Positions 50,701 to 64,000 of a stretch of 64,000 bases of DNA are shown piece by piece. A program made the translations under genes and the position numbers. This stretch comes from Carcharhinus longimanus (lineage: Eukaryota). Location: contig JASCQW010000072.1 of the NCBI GenBank assembly GCA_030264375.1, positions 103,998,960-104,062,959 on the forward strand. The letters run 5' to 3'. Under the pieces are notes generated by a model. The model was not told the origin of the DNA, made no database searches, and saw only the letters and a program-made list of their open reading frames with translations. The number at the start of each line of letters is the position of its first letter. Within the stretch, counting starts at the first letter, position 1.

Positions 50701-52699
50701 GGAGGGAAGCCAGGGAAGAGGGAGTTAGCATGTTTGGCAAGCTGTTAGTTGACAAGACACCAACTAAACGCAAACATTACAAGCAGGTCGTTCAGAACGT
50801 GACGCAGAATCAACCATCCATCCTGATTATACATTTAAGGCAAATAACTTTGCATATTTTAAAAAGTTAAGTGATAAGGTAGCTATTACACCACTCTCCC
50901 CCCCCCACCCCCGACCCCGCAGCCCCCCGCTCCCCCAATCCCCGATCACCCAGCTCGGGTGAACCGGAGGACTGGTGTAAGCTGGAAAATCGTTGCGTAT
51001 GATATACTCCAGATCCAGATTCTTTCCAGTTGTATCTATCCTCGCAATGTTTCATTCACCTGTCTGAATTATCCGCCCGTCCAGCCCCGGCTACCGGGCT
51101 AGCCCTGCTATATAATGCAATAAACAGTATCATTATATAAGTGGATATCTTCAGTTGTACTCATTTACTCCCCTCACCCCCAATCTATCTCAAACGGTCG
51201 TTATAGATTCCAGGACCAATACTCGCCCACTGCCTTTCCTGATCCCCATCACCCTCTTCTTATCCTCAATGTCAAACTAAGGCCAGGAGTTGATATCGTC
51301 CCCTTTTCTTTTGTACAAACGGCTGTGGGCGAGGTTAGCATCTTGGATTGAGTGGGGTGAGAATGGAAGGTGGCTAATGAATACGTGGAGGCTCAGTTAC
51401 CCCACGCAGATTATTATCATAAGTGGACCAAGCTGTACATAACTTCTAAAACCAGCCTTCACTTTACCTGGAAAATAAACAGGCGGTAGGCCAAGCTTAT
51501 TACATTTAATTTCACCACTCGATATGGTGGGATGTGAACTCCCAGCCTTTGAGGTTAGTGTCAATAGCATAGTCATCACATTAGCGCTGCTGTAACTGTT
51601 GTGAATGCGCCATTGCTAAAGTATCAGACATCTTGGAGACTAAATAAACCAACGTACTATTGATATTGGGGTCATTTGAAGAACGCTGGACTTCATTCCT
51701 GTCATATTGGAGATATATAACAGGAGGTGCATGTTCAACCATCCAGACAGCAAAGACAAAGACAGCTCTGAGGACGGGTAAGCCAGGCTCGAAATGGTGA
51801 CTCTATTCTCTCTCTCCACAGATGCTGTCAGAGTTGTTGAGTTTTTCCAGAGTTTTCTGTTTTTGTTGTGTATTCAGTCCTCAAGAATATTCTGTCAAAT
51901 TTCTCTAGAATGTTTGAAGATTACACACAATGCAAATTGCAATGCTGATGGATTTGAAGAAACGTTTTAACATCCTTTTGGAATAGGGCTTCCCAGGGAT
52001 CAACATTCCTTTGGGCAGCTGGGGACAAACACATTGGGTTTGCTATTGGTTCCTGCACATAGACAGTGAGGGCTGGAATGCAGCCATTGTCCATCATTAA
52101 CACTGAGCACCAAGTCAAGAATATAAAATAAGTCCAGCTTTTTCTAAACATCAATGAGCAGAACGCTCATGATTGATTGCAAACACAAGAAGTATTGGAA
52201 AATCTCAACTGGTCTGGTAGCATTTGTGGAGAGAGAAAGAGTTAATGTTTCCAATCCAGTATGACTCCACTTCATCTTCTGAAGAAGAAGTGTCATATTG
52301 GACTCAAAATGTGAACACTGTTTCTCTCTCCAGGGATGCTACCAGGCCTGCTAAGTTCTTCCAGCACTTTTTGTCCTTTATTTCAGATTTCCAACAGCAG
52401 AAGTATTTTGCTTTTATTCTGGACTGATAATTGGGAAATTGTGTTGTGGTCAAAATTCAATTACTGGTTCAGAAATGCAATGGAATGTTGGTATATAAGG
52501 TAAAGTTGTCATAAATCAGATGACCATAGGCTCTCCCCTTTGAGAGGAAGAGCTGACTGGTATAGATTTTAACCTGAGGATCACCGCACCTCAGGCAAGG
52601 GGCAAAATGAGAAGGTGTGCCTTCATGAATAACCTCAGCCAGGACAGGAATTGAACCCGCATGGTGGGGTCTCTCAGTTTGAAGCAATGGGAAATGGTA

Positions 52700-54120
52700 T
52701 AGAATGTGCAAAACAAATTATGAAGGTCATCTCAGAGCTGGGAGGTAGAACTAGATAAAAGGCTGAAAAGGTTGGAGATCTTTTCTCTAGACAAGACTAA
52801 GAGGTGATCCAATGAAAGTCCTTAGCATTACGAAGGGGCTCCATAAGGTAGAGGTAGAGGTGATGTTTCCGCTTTAGTATGAGACCAAAACTAGAAGCCA
52901 TATATCAGTAAGAAATTCTGGAGTGAGTTTCTTTAGTCAGAGGTTGTGAGAATATGGAACTTGTTATCACATGCTGAATAGCATAGATGCATTGAAGGGA
53001 AAGGTGGATATATACATGAGGGGGAAAAGAATGAAATGTATGTCAATACAGTGAGAGGAAGTAAATAGAATGGCAGGAGAATGGTGCGGAGGACAAATAC
53101 CAAATAGACTTGTCAACCTGAATGATCTGTATCCATGCAGCAAATTCTATGTGCCTTATTCACAGATTGGCTCAAAGTATAAATACATCATTTAACTGAA
53201 TGTGGGAAGTTAGAACAGAAAGTACTTATATCAGGAAATCTCTGCATCAGAATTTCATACAATTCAGACTCAATAAGTTTCTAATTTAAGTTGTGTTTTT
53301 AAAGCTATATATTGAGATAGAAAACTTAGGGAAAGTGATATTGCCAGTCTAAAATAGACAAGAACAGCCCTGAAAGGGGGTCAGTTACAAGGTCAAAATC
53401 ACAGGAAGATGTCAATGAAGATAATTTTCAGCATTGAATCAGTGGAGACAAGTTATCATTTCAAATGCTAACAACCATATATACTAAAATGCTAGATTTG
53501 AAATTAGCCAGCAAATAATTGGCACTGATGGAAATGAACTTACATCTGACTTACGATGGGTTAATGACCCTTATTAACGCATCAAGCAAGCAACAGTAGC
53601 TGGAGGGTATCATAATATTAAAAGTTGGAAGTGGTGTGAACTCTGAGAAGGGGAGCATTGGACTTCAAAAAGTCATAGACAGGTTGGTAGAAGGGATGGA
53701 CAAGTGGCCAAGGAAAGATAATGCAGGAAGTGTGAAGTGATTCATTTTGATCAGAAGAACAGTGAGAAACAATATAAAATAAAAGGTACAATGCTAAAGT
53801 GGGTGCAGGAGCAGAAAGCCCTGGAGGTGGGAGTGGGGTGGGGGGGGTGGTGCATGGTGGGGTTGGGGGCACAAATTATTCAAGGTTGCAGGGCAGTTTG
53901 AGATCATGCTTAATATACCATTTCCTGAGAGCATAGTTGAAACAGAACCAATCATGGCTTTCAAAAGAAAATTGAATCATTATATGAAGAGGAAAAGTTT
54001 GCTTGGCTCTGGGGACAAAGGCAGGGGAGTGGCAGCAGGTGAACGGCTCTTGCAATGAGCCAGCACACACACAATGGGCTGAATGATCTCCTTCAGTGCT
54101 TTAACCATTCTATGACCCTA
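52700..54120 (+). mobile_element. Two CR1 LINE fragments (about 52700-53150 and 53600-54120)
   Basis: Degenerate CR1 ORF2 and 3'UTR motifs (GAGGTTGTGAGAATATGGAAC; ATGGGCTGAATGATCTCCTTC). Confidence 0.65.
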
Positions 54121-54648
54121 TGAATGGATCAGAATGCTCTGAGGTTGTGCTAACCTTTTGAATGCCGGCTACAACAACAAGGAAACATTCTAGTGTACAA
54201 CAGTAATACTTATTGATCATATATCCAACCACCTCAGAAATATTGTAGGCATTCTCATTTTGTTGTCATAAAATGATGCCAATCTGTTAGACAGAGAATG
54301 TTTTCAAAACTGGAGTTGTTATTCAACAGGAAATGATTCTCAGGAATATGAAGCCAATTTGTGCTCTAGATTTAAAGTGTTCGCAAAATATGGCCAATGG
54401 TGAACCAAATGTAGTAAAATCCACTGTAATTCTATTGCCCACATCATTGGAATTCCTTTGGGAGTATGGCAACAAGAAAAGGCAATCATTGAGCTGCAAT
54501 GTCTAAAATGACAGCCTGACGAACAATAATGTACTCAAATATATTTTTTCTGTTTTGTCAGCTAATTCACCTCCATTCGAGATACATCTTTAAGTGGGTG
54601 TATGTCGGGGTAATAGAACTAAACACAATTGCCCTCTTCCTCACACAG

Positions 54649-54684
54649 CTGCCTGGTGACAAGCTCACAGCAAGAGATGCAGAA
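54649..54684 (+). CDS. Candidate 36-nt exon of an unidentified gene
   Basis: CTAAAC branch-like site, CTCTTCCTCACACAG acceptor, GAA|GTAAGT donor; reads LPGDKLTARDAE. Confidence 0.45.
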
Positions 54685-57500
54685 GTAAGTGGCTCTAGTC
54701 CAATAGCATTTTATACACTCAGTGTAATAATAGATGGCTATCAGGCAAGTACAAGACAGTTACACAATGTCACCCTGAACCTGGTATATAAATGTAGTTG
54801 TCTTTTGTTCCCTTCTTGACATTTGTCATTTCATAAAATAGACACTATGCACGGGATTGCATGACAGTTAACAAATGCCTTCCTGCCACAGGATTTTTCC
54901 ACAGTCTTTTGAAACACCATATTTAAATTCTAGATTATGAGATTGGTGATTTGTCATCACACATTGAACAAAAAACAGAGAGAACATAATGAAAAATAAA
55001 ACCAGTTTAGGTACTATATCTAACTGTAATATTTTTAATTCCTCCTATGCTTCATGATATCAATGTGCACCCTCCTCTGTGGCTCAGGAGAGTGTGAGTT
55101 CAAATCCCACTTCAGAGTAAAAATTCTAGGCTGATGCTTCAGAATGGTATTGAAGGAATGCACACGCAATCAAAGTTGTTAATAAAAAGCTCCCATTTAG
55201 CATTTCCTGTGGATGCTAAAGAACCCATGGCACTTTTTTAAAGAAGAGCAAAAGATATTTGTCCTTTGCCATGGTCAATATTTATCCTTTTACAAGCATC
55301 CCTAACAGACTATCTGGTCGTCTGTCTCATTGTTATTCGTGGGAACCTGCTGTGAGCAAAATTTAGTTGCCATGAATCCTACATTTCAACAGTCACTATA
55401 TTTCTTTGCAATGTGCTGAGATTGTGAAAGGCATTATATCAATGCAGGTCTTCCTTCCTAACCTATTGATCTCTTCAGTAAGTTGAGTAATTTTAGTGGA
55501 TTTGAGTTATTAATTCCTGTTGACGTTTGGCATTCAGACTTTTTGAGTCTACTCAGATAGCATGACGATATTTTAAAAATGTTACAAACCTTTCTGATCT
55601 AAGTAAATTGTATTGTAAGTACAGCAATATATTTGCCTTGCTATTTTGTACAGCAATATTTAGTAGCTCATTTACATGATTTAGTTGCATGGGCGAGTAA
55701 TAGACTTTCCTACTCTATGAAGAGCAGATGTGCTCCAGTTGCTCGCACAGTAGGCTGCAATTGTACAGTTTTAGACAGGCCTCTGTATACCAAAGTAAAA
55801 TCAGAAAATGCTACAAATACTCAGCAGGTCAGTCACGATCTGTGGAGACAGAAGCCAGTTAACTTTTCAGCTCAATAATCTCTCAACTGAACTGGAAGAA
55901 ACTGAATATTTAACAGTTTACTGGTGAAGGGAGCAGATTTTCTTCAAAGTGGGTATTTCGGTATAACAGTTTTCATCTAGTGGATTCCAGCCATACTGCT
56001 GACCTCATACTCGGCATATTGAGGATGTAACTTTTCTATGCATGTGTCTTTGGATACATAGCTCATCTCTCCAGATGGTTCAGACTTTTTAAGCAGGCAG
56101 GAGAAGTACTTCTTTCCAGATTAAAAAAAAAACAAATTAAATGAACCAAGTGAACACTTTTAAAATATAAACCAGTCAGTAGGTAGCTGTGTCCTTCACC
56201 ATGTGCAGACTTGAGGCGATTAAGCTTGTCTGTTGGACAAGAATCCAGGTTTCTTAATGACTCTATAGTAGAAGGATAATTCGAAGTTGCTTTTATATCG
56301 TGCCTCTCGTGACCTCCAGGTATCGCAAAGCATTTTACAACCAATGAAGTACTTTAGTAGGGTAGTCAGTAATATAGGCAACATGTCAACCACTTTACAT
56401 TAAGTGAGGCCCTGCAAATGGCAATGAGATAGCGACCACATAATATGATGGTTGTGATGGTTGGTGGATAAACACCAGGCAGGATGCTGGGAGTAAACCC
56501 CTGGTCTACTTCAAAATAGCACCATAGGATCTTTTACATCTACCTGAGGGGACTGACAGGACCTCAGATTAATGCTGCATCCAAAAGATGTCACCTCTGA
56601 CAGTGTAGCACTTCCTCAGAACTGCATTGTAGGATTCAGCAGAGAATTTATATTTAAGAGACTTGAACCCACAACCTACTCACTTAGTGACAAGAGTGTA
56701 GCCCACTGCTGACAGCCAGTACTGAACTGAACATAGTTGGGCCAAAGTGCAAATTACAACCAGAAACACCCAACCCATGTTGCAGGTTAATAATTATAAA
56801 TGATACCAGAAGGTAAAACGCATGCATGAAAGTTTTCTTCTGACTGTACCTTCAGAATATTTCAGAAAAAGATTGTAAGCAACCATACACAAAATATTCT
56901 CAATTCACAGGAAGTTGCGTAAACCATCACAACAAACGTTAACAGAAACAGAAAATGCTAGAAAATCTCAGCAGGTCTGACAGTATCTGTGGAGAGAGAA
57001 TAGGGCTAATGTTTCAAGGCAGGATGACCCTACATCAGAGCTTCAGATTCAGATTCCAGCATCTGCAGTACTTTGCCTTTATTGACAATTTTTAAACTCA
57101 GCTCGACAGCATACAAGCATTATATTCTAGGCAGTGACAAGGCAATGTTTGGTGGCCTCTCTAATCCAGTATCAGAATGGAGTCAGATTGAGACCTGACA
57201 CTGGCCTGACCTGAGTTATATTGCCACTCTTAGTTGCTGGTGAAGATGTGGCCGCTTTGTTGTGTTGCAAAATTGTCACCATAACTGCACTCCTTATATC
57301 TTTGGGAATTAGATTGTCAATCTCATTGCAGAGGAATGACTTTCATATCAGGAGGCTCTCATAACACTTTGTATCATTGCAAATGTAACATTATAACTGC
57401 AGCCTCAGATATAATAGTACATAATAAGGAAAGCATAGTGACGATCATATATGTGGGGTTGTGAATTCCAAATGTTAGTAATTCTATTCTACACTAACAG

Positions 57501-57608
57501 ATCACTTGTGGCATTGCTGAGAGCGAATGTGATGTTACACTATTGCAAGTACATGGTACTGAGTGTGAATGTGAGGGAAGAGTTCACTACATCATTGGAA
57601 GAATTTGA
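57501..57608 (+). CDS. Candidate terminal coding exon of an unidentified gene
   Basis: ATTCTACACTAACAG acceptor; ITCGIAESECDVTLLQVHGTECECEGRVHYIIGRI*; AATAAA at 57703-57708; phase-compatible with 54649-54684. Confidence 0.45.
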   Translation: MTCGIAESECDVTLLQVHGTECECEGRVHYIIGRI

Positions 57609-59060
57609 AAAGAAGTTTGGAAGAACTGTCCTCAGAAACAGTGCAGGATCTTTCATTCTTTCATGGAGAACCTAGATAGTGTTATCCTGCTGAAGACCGA
57701 TAAATAAATCCCAGAGGCAAAAAAATCATTTCTGCACATAATTTGGGAAACAGCCTTTTGGTGCACTCCTATTCCACCTTCGATGAGAGAAAGAGCCAAA
57801 AGTAGGAGAGCACTGAGAAATGCCAGGTTGCAGACTACATTGGATATTCAAGCTGGGCTTTTTTAGGGCTCCTGTCTATTACAGAGCTCTTGTTGTAAAA
57901 GGGATGTAATAAGGATTTCCCTAAGTCAGATGTATCTCCTCCCCAGCTTGCAGTCGAGAACAGGCTTATGATTGCCACAGACATACTTGTCTGGTTCCAA
58001 CGGGTATACCCGACCAATCCAATTGAAGGGAGATCCATTCCAGCCCCTGGGGGTGGGTTGGTGGGCCGAATTGCCAAAGACTAGTAGCCCAAAAACTGTT
58101 GGGGGAGAATAGAGCAGCTCTCTTGTAAGGGGCCCATACAGTCACACAAATGATTTTAATAGCTGGGTGATCCAGAACGTTTCCTCCAGCCCGCCACTCA
58201 CTAGCCTTTCTCCCACCCTCCTCCCAGCCCTAGTCCAGCCATCTACTGGATTAGTTAGGGTAACCACGAATTTTCCTAATTTTCCTAATACTATGGACTG
58301 TCTGACTCTAAAGGTTCATTCTCATGAATACAATAGGACCGAAGACAAATTTCTGCAATGTTCCCAATCCTTTATAGGTCTTTACATTTTATTATTTGAA
58401 TCCTTCATTCTTTATCAAATATCTGTGCAACAGCATTCTTAATTTAGGTTCAAAACTAGCATTGTCTCCATAGTAAAGTTCTCATCCTTGCGTTCAAGGC
58501 TTTCTGTGCTTACCCAATTCTATCTCACTCAGCCCCTACCCACCTCCTTGAAATCTGTATTCCTCCAACTCTGGCGTCTTTTCCATCTCATATTTCTCTC
58601 ATTCCATCATTATTGGCCGTGCATTTAGCTGACTAGATCCAAAGCTCTGGAATTCCATCCCTAAACTTAAAATTTGACCCTTTGAACACACTTTTGGTCA
58701 TATATCCTAAAGTTTCCTTTGGCTCAGTGTTGAATTCTGTCGCATTATGCTCATGTGCTATTCTCTGGGACATTTTATTATATTAAATACAAATAAGCAG
58801 AAGTAAATGTAAATTGTTATCTAGAATCTGTGTACTCCATTTTTGTTATAACAACATCCTTCAGTAACTTATTTTGATGTTATGATGCAGCTCTGCCTGA
58901 ATAACCTATTACTGTAATTTGTAGTCGTTAAAATCGTCTTTGATGTGAAAAATGTCTCTGTAATCATCATCAATAATCTTCATTTTTGAGTAATGAAGTT
59001 GTTGTAGTCTCTTTCCCTGCATACACAGAATCAATTAGTTGTTTTTTTATTTCCTTATAG

Positions 59061-59191
59061 GTTTGATGATCTTATGAAAAATTTACCACTGCCGGAGTAC
59101 TGTGATCCAGAAGGAAATCTAAACTTGGCATGCCGGCTACCAAATTTCTTTGTGCGGCCAGAGTTAGGGCCCAGACTGTGCAGTGTTTATG
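59061..59191 (+). CDS. JMJD1C: KDM3/JMJD1C-like JmjC exon
   Basis: TAG|[45 protein letters not shown]|GTAAGC; closest recalled match is JMJD1C, paralog identity uncertain. Confidence 0.85.
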
Positions 59192-59278
59192 GTAAGCATG
59201 ACACACACTGCAGTCTACACAATTATGTGCTATTTTGTTGGAAAAGGCTACTCTCTAAATGACTGTGTTCATTTACAG

Positions 59279-59395
59279 GACAGTCAACTGCTAAGGAACA
59301 TGGAACTATCAATCTGCACCTAGACATTGCTGATGTAGTCAATGTGCTTGTTTATGTTGGTCTCCCAAAAGGGAATGCGAACAATCACAGAGCAG
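59279..59395 (+). CDS. JMJD1C: KDM3/JMJD1C-like JmjC exon (HxD motif)
   Basis: CAG|GQSTAKEHGTINLHLDIADVVNVLVYVGLPKGNANNHRA|GTAATT; phases fit the neighbouring exons. Confidence 0.85.
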
Positions 59396-61591
59396 GTAAT
59401 TTCTCAACGCTTCATTTTCACTGTGAACTGGGTTGATTTTTTTTTTGAAGAGTCACACCTACAGTATTTTGAACTATTCTGTCTATCTGAAACGAGAACA
59501 GAAAATGCTGGAAAAGCTCAACAGACTGGCAGCATCTCTGGGTAGAGAAGCGAAGTTAAGATTTTGAGTCTGTATGACCCATCTTTAGAACTGAAGAAAG
59601 GGAGAAATATGGTGGATTTATCACTGTTGTAATGTAAGGAGTGTGACAGTTAATTTGTATACAGTAAGCTCCCACAAACAGTACGATGACGATCCAGTAT
59701 CTGCTTTAGTAATACTCAGGAGAACTCTGTTCTTTGGAATTGTGCCCCAGAATCTTTTACATCCACCTGAGAGGGCAGACAAAATGGTACTTTAATATGT
59801 TATCCAGAAAATTGCACCTCCAACAGTGTAGCACACTGTACTGAGATCTCAATCTAGATTTTCTGCCTATAAGTAAAGAGCTTAATCAAATAAATAGATA
59901 TTTGAACTCCCTTTCTGCTTCTTCTCTTCGTTCAAAGAGCTATTGATGACATCTGTCAATATACCTGTGAACTAGACCATCAGATGATATTGTCCATTCA
60001 TTGTGTGCAATGAGCACAATACATTGGGAGTTGTTTCTTAACATTAACTGAAAACCACTAAATCAGATTTTAAATGTTGCTGCCTAAAGAAAGAACAGAC
60101 TTGCATTTATATAATTTATTTCATGACCTCCTGAGGTTCAAAGCACTTCATAACAAATTAAGTACCACTATTTTGAAATGTAGTCACAGATTGATGGTTG
60201 TTTTTGTAACAGATTGAGGATGGATTGCTTGTTTACATCAAAAATGCAGTAATTATGGAGTATCTGATGCTGCCAATAAAGAAAAAAATCATATTTAAAA
60301 TTGCTGATTGCACGACTGTTTTGATTTTTGGGAAATAGAGGACCATATTTGCATATACATTATAATTCTGATGGAAAAGAAAAATGTAATGAAAAAAATT
60401 CCCATTTCATCTAATTGGTACCCATAAGCCTTGTAACAACATTAATAACATAATGTGAAGATCCCCAACTCTGATTTCAAATTATTCAGCTGATATCCAG
60501 AGCTGCTCACAACCATAACCCAATCCATGATTGGGAAATCCCTTAGACAATACTATATTCCTCACATTTTAACAGCGGTCACTAGGCAGTATTGCGTGTT
60601 TTATTTTAAATGCATTCATGAGATGAGGCCATCGCTGACTGTGCCAGCATTTTATTGTCCATCTCTAATTGCTTGCTGTCTGGCTTGCTCGGCCATTTCA
60701 GAGAGCATTACTGTGGATCTAAAGTCACATGTAGACCAAACCAGTTAAGGACTTCCCTAAAGGACATTAGTGAACCAGATGAGTCTTTTTACAAAATGAT
60801 TTCATAATCATCCTTAATTCCAGGTTTTTATTGAATTCAAATTTCACCATCTACAATGATGGAATTCTAATTAGGGTCCCTTGAGTGACAATACCACTAT
60901 GCCTCTGCCTGTATAAATTGCCACATCTACAATGTACAGTGTTGGCAGCAAAGACAATCAATTCCTAAACACCAACATAATGAGCCACTCCCAACTCATC
61001 CTGGAACTTAAAATTTTATGGTGCAAGAGAAAACCAAAATGGCAGGTCTCAAAGCAGAGCTTCAATAGTTAAAGTAATTGACATCCATCTCTAAGTAAGA
61101 ACCTGTTGCTCACTTTTTAATACTTCGTCGGTGGTAAAAAAAAATACTGAAAGCACTCCCTGCCTTCTATCTTCCTTTAATGGCATGTTGTCATGGAGCT
61201 GTAGAGAAAACTCACTAATAAAATAAAGTCACCCCAAGGTCAAAGAATTTTATATCACTGTTTGAAATTGCATAGTTGTTCTTGAAGCTTTGTCTCTGAA
61301 GAAATGTTTTCCTACATTCTTGGTGGAATTTATTGGCTTGGGGATTATCTATTATATGTAGAGACCTATTTAGATTGCAGAGAGAGAGGAACATGCGTGT
61401 GCTGGGTAAAGTATCTTGTTTAGATAATTGAAATCATTTTAATCATCTGTTCAGTTGCAAGTTCCTAACAGCTATTTTCAGTGCCATACTCTGAACATAA
61501 AACCATCAAGCTTGTGCATTGGAACATACTTGTGACACTAATAAATCAACTTAAACACATTTGCAAAAGTGCTCAATTTCTGTTTTTCCAG

Positions 61592-61731
61592 CTATCTTGA
61601 CGAAAATTGAGGAAGACGAAATTGATGAAAACACAAAGAAAAGATTGAAGGATAGTGATGAGACTCCGGGTGCTTTGTGGCACATTTTTTCAGCCAAAGA
61701 TACAAACAAAATAAGGAAGTTTCTACAAAAG
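61592..61731 (+). CDS. JMJD1C: KDM3/JMJD1C-like JmjC exon
   Basis: CAG|AILTKIEEDEIDENTKKRLKDSDETPGALWHIFSAKDTNKIRKFLQK|GTGAGC. Confidence 0.87.
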
Positions 61732-62250
61732 GTGAGCAGTTTATACACTTTGACAGCACAAAACTTCAGCAGAAGTGCACTGATCTGCCATGTTGTGGTG
61801 CAAACCGAAATGGTTAGCAACATTGAATGGTTTTGGAAATGGGTTAGGTTCCATAGTTTTATGGACTGAAGAAATTTGGATTGGTTCCTTTTCATTTGTA
61901 TTGAAATAATGAACCACAAAGTAAAATCACCTCATCAAGTTATTGAAGGATATATGTTCTAATTGCCTTGTTTGATATTTTTCAAGTCTTGTATTGTCAA
62001 GGGAATTTTATTAAAACAAGATGGCTTACTGTAATGTGCCCAACTATAAGTTTTATATTTCCTGGGAGAAGTTGTTTTCATTTATTTCTTTGTTAACAAA
62101 ACTGTGTCAAAGTTTAAAAAGCTTCTTATGAAATCACAGCTTACCTCGAATAAGAACGCTTTGTTTCACAATTCAGAGATGTATCTGACAACTGAGTGTA
62201 ATGCAGGGATGTTAGAAAATTTACTTGTTTGTTGTGCCCCCATCAAAAAG

Positions 62251-62424
62251 GCTAATGAGGATCAGGGTCAGGAATCGCTTGAACATGAGCCAATCCGTGA
62301 TCAGACTTGCTACCTGAACAAGAAACTGCGCCGGAAGCTGTATGAAGAATGTGGAATACGCAGTTGGGCTATCTTCCAGTTCTTGGGTGATGCAGTCTTC
62401 ATACCAGCAGGGGCACTGTGTCAG
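62251..62424 (+). CDS. JMJD1C: KDM3/JMJD1C-like JmjC exon
   Basis: AAG|[58 protein letters not shown]|GTAATT; the gene presumably continues beyond the window. Confidence 0.87.
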
Positions 62425-62439
62425 GTAATTCAAGGCAGT

Positions 62440-64000
62440 CTCTACCAGAGAATAAGGAATGGTAGCAGCAGTTGGTCATTTGGGTCTTGGAGACTGCTCC
62501 ACTATTCACCAAGATCTTGACTGCTGATCCACCTCAACTCCAGTTCCCTGCACATTCCCCATAAAATTTCATTCCCTTAGTTTCCAAAATATTGTCAGTT
62601 TCTGTCTTGAATGTACTGAATGATTGAACATCACAGCTCTCTGGGATAGAAAACTGTAAAGATTCATGACTATTTGATTCATGACCTCATGTCAATTCTA
62701 AATAGTCGACTGCTTATTCTGAGACCGTGGCCCTCCAGTTCAGGGGAAAATATCTTCTGAACATCCACCCCGTCAATCCCTTTAAGAATTTTATGTTTCA
62801 ATGAGAACACTTCTCATCCTTCTAAACGCCAGAAAACATAGGCCTATCTCGCCTCATAGGACAATATCCACATGCCAGGAATTGGAGTAATGAATCTACA
62901 TTGCACTCCCAAGGCAAGTGTATCTTTTCTTCCATAGCATTCCAGGTATGGTCATATCTGGACCCAATACAATTACAGAAAGGTTAATTCTTATATCCCA
63001 ATGCCTCTGTAATAAAAGGTAACAAGAGCAGAAATAGGCTGTTCGGCCCATCAAGCCTGCTGTGCCATTCAATGTGATCATGACTGATCTGATGTAATCC
63101 TCAACTCCACTATTCTGCTTTATCCCCATAACCCTTGATTGCCCTACTGATTAAAAATCTGGCTATCTCGGCTTTGAACGTACTTAACGACCCAGCCTCT
63201 TCAGTAAAGAATTCGCAACCCTCCAAGAGAAGAAATTTTTCCTCTCTCGTCTTAAATGGGTGACGCCTTACTCTAAGATTATGCCTTCTGGCCCTAAATT
63301 CTTCCTCAAGGAGAAACAATCAGCAACTATCCTGCCAAGTCTGCTGAGAATCCAATGTCTCTATAAGGTTGCCTCTCATTTTTCTAAACTCCAGAGAGTA
63401 CAGACTCAACCTCCCCTTAAGCCAATCCCTCTATGCCTGTGTTCAACTTTGTGAACCTTCTCTGGACGCCTCCAATGCAAGTATATCTAAGGGAACTAAT
63501 AATAGTTCAGTGTTCCAGGTGTGATCTTACTAGTGCCTTGTATAGTTTCAGCAAGACTTCACTAATTTTATACTCCACTCTCATCGAAATAAAGACCAGC
63601 ATTCTGTTTGCCTTCTCTATTACCTGCTAAATGTGTATGCTAGCTATTTGTGATTTATGTACAGGATCCCCAAATCCCTCTGTGCTGCAGCTTTCTGCAG
63701 TCTTTCTCTACTCAAATAATGTTCAGCTCATTTATTCTTCCTATCAAAGTGCATAACTTCATATTTTTGTACATTATATTCCATTTGCCAAGTTTCTGCC
63801 CACTCATCTAACCTGTCTAGATTTCTCAGTAGACTGTGTTATCTTCACCACTTGTCTTCACACCTATTTTTGTGTCATCAGCAAACTTGGCAATAGTACC
63901 TTTACTTCCCTCACCCAAGCTATTAGTACATACTGTAAATAATAATGGCCTAAGCACTGATCCCTGTGGCACTTGATTATTTTTAGTTACGGATCGTCTA
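62440..64000 (-). mobile_element. Nested CR1 LINE fragments in the JmjC gene intron
   Basis: CR1 3' ends and RT-region sequence (GTGTCATCAGCAAACTTGG, CACTGATCCCTGTGGCAC). Confidence 0.75.

Overview
Eukaryotic (vertebrate) genomic DNA from a draft assembly with many N gaps. The SINE/LINE families suggest a shark. The window holds a near-complete PAX6 gene on the minus strand: non-coding or leader exons 0-3, exon 4 partly hidden in a gap, coding exons 5, 5a and 6-13 with human-identical lengths, and the 3'UTR. Recognisable regulatory elements are the P0 and P1 promoters, the ectodermal and pancreatic enhancers, the intron-4 alpha/NRE enhancer and intron-7 conserved blocks. Spliced fragments of unrelated genes sit in and around the locus. 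Two intact exons of an AtuA/DUF1446-like gene lie in a CpG-poor block inside PAX6 intron 0. A candidate two-exon 3' end of an unidentified gene lies at 54.6-57.7 kb. Four intact JmjC exons of a KDM3/JMJD1C-like gene lie at 59-62.4 kb, with altered cofactor ligands and no visible 5' exons. These are either real rearrangements or chimeric assembly joins, and the sequence alone cannot decide. All homology calls are from recalled sequences, not database searches.
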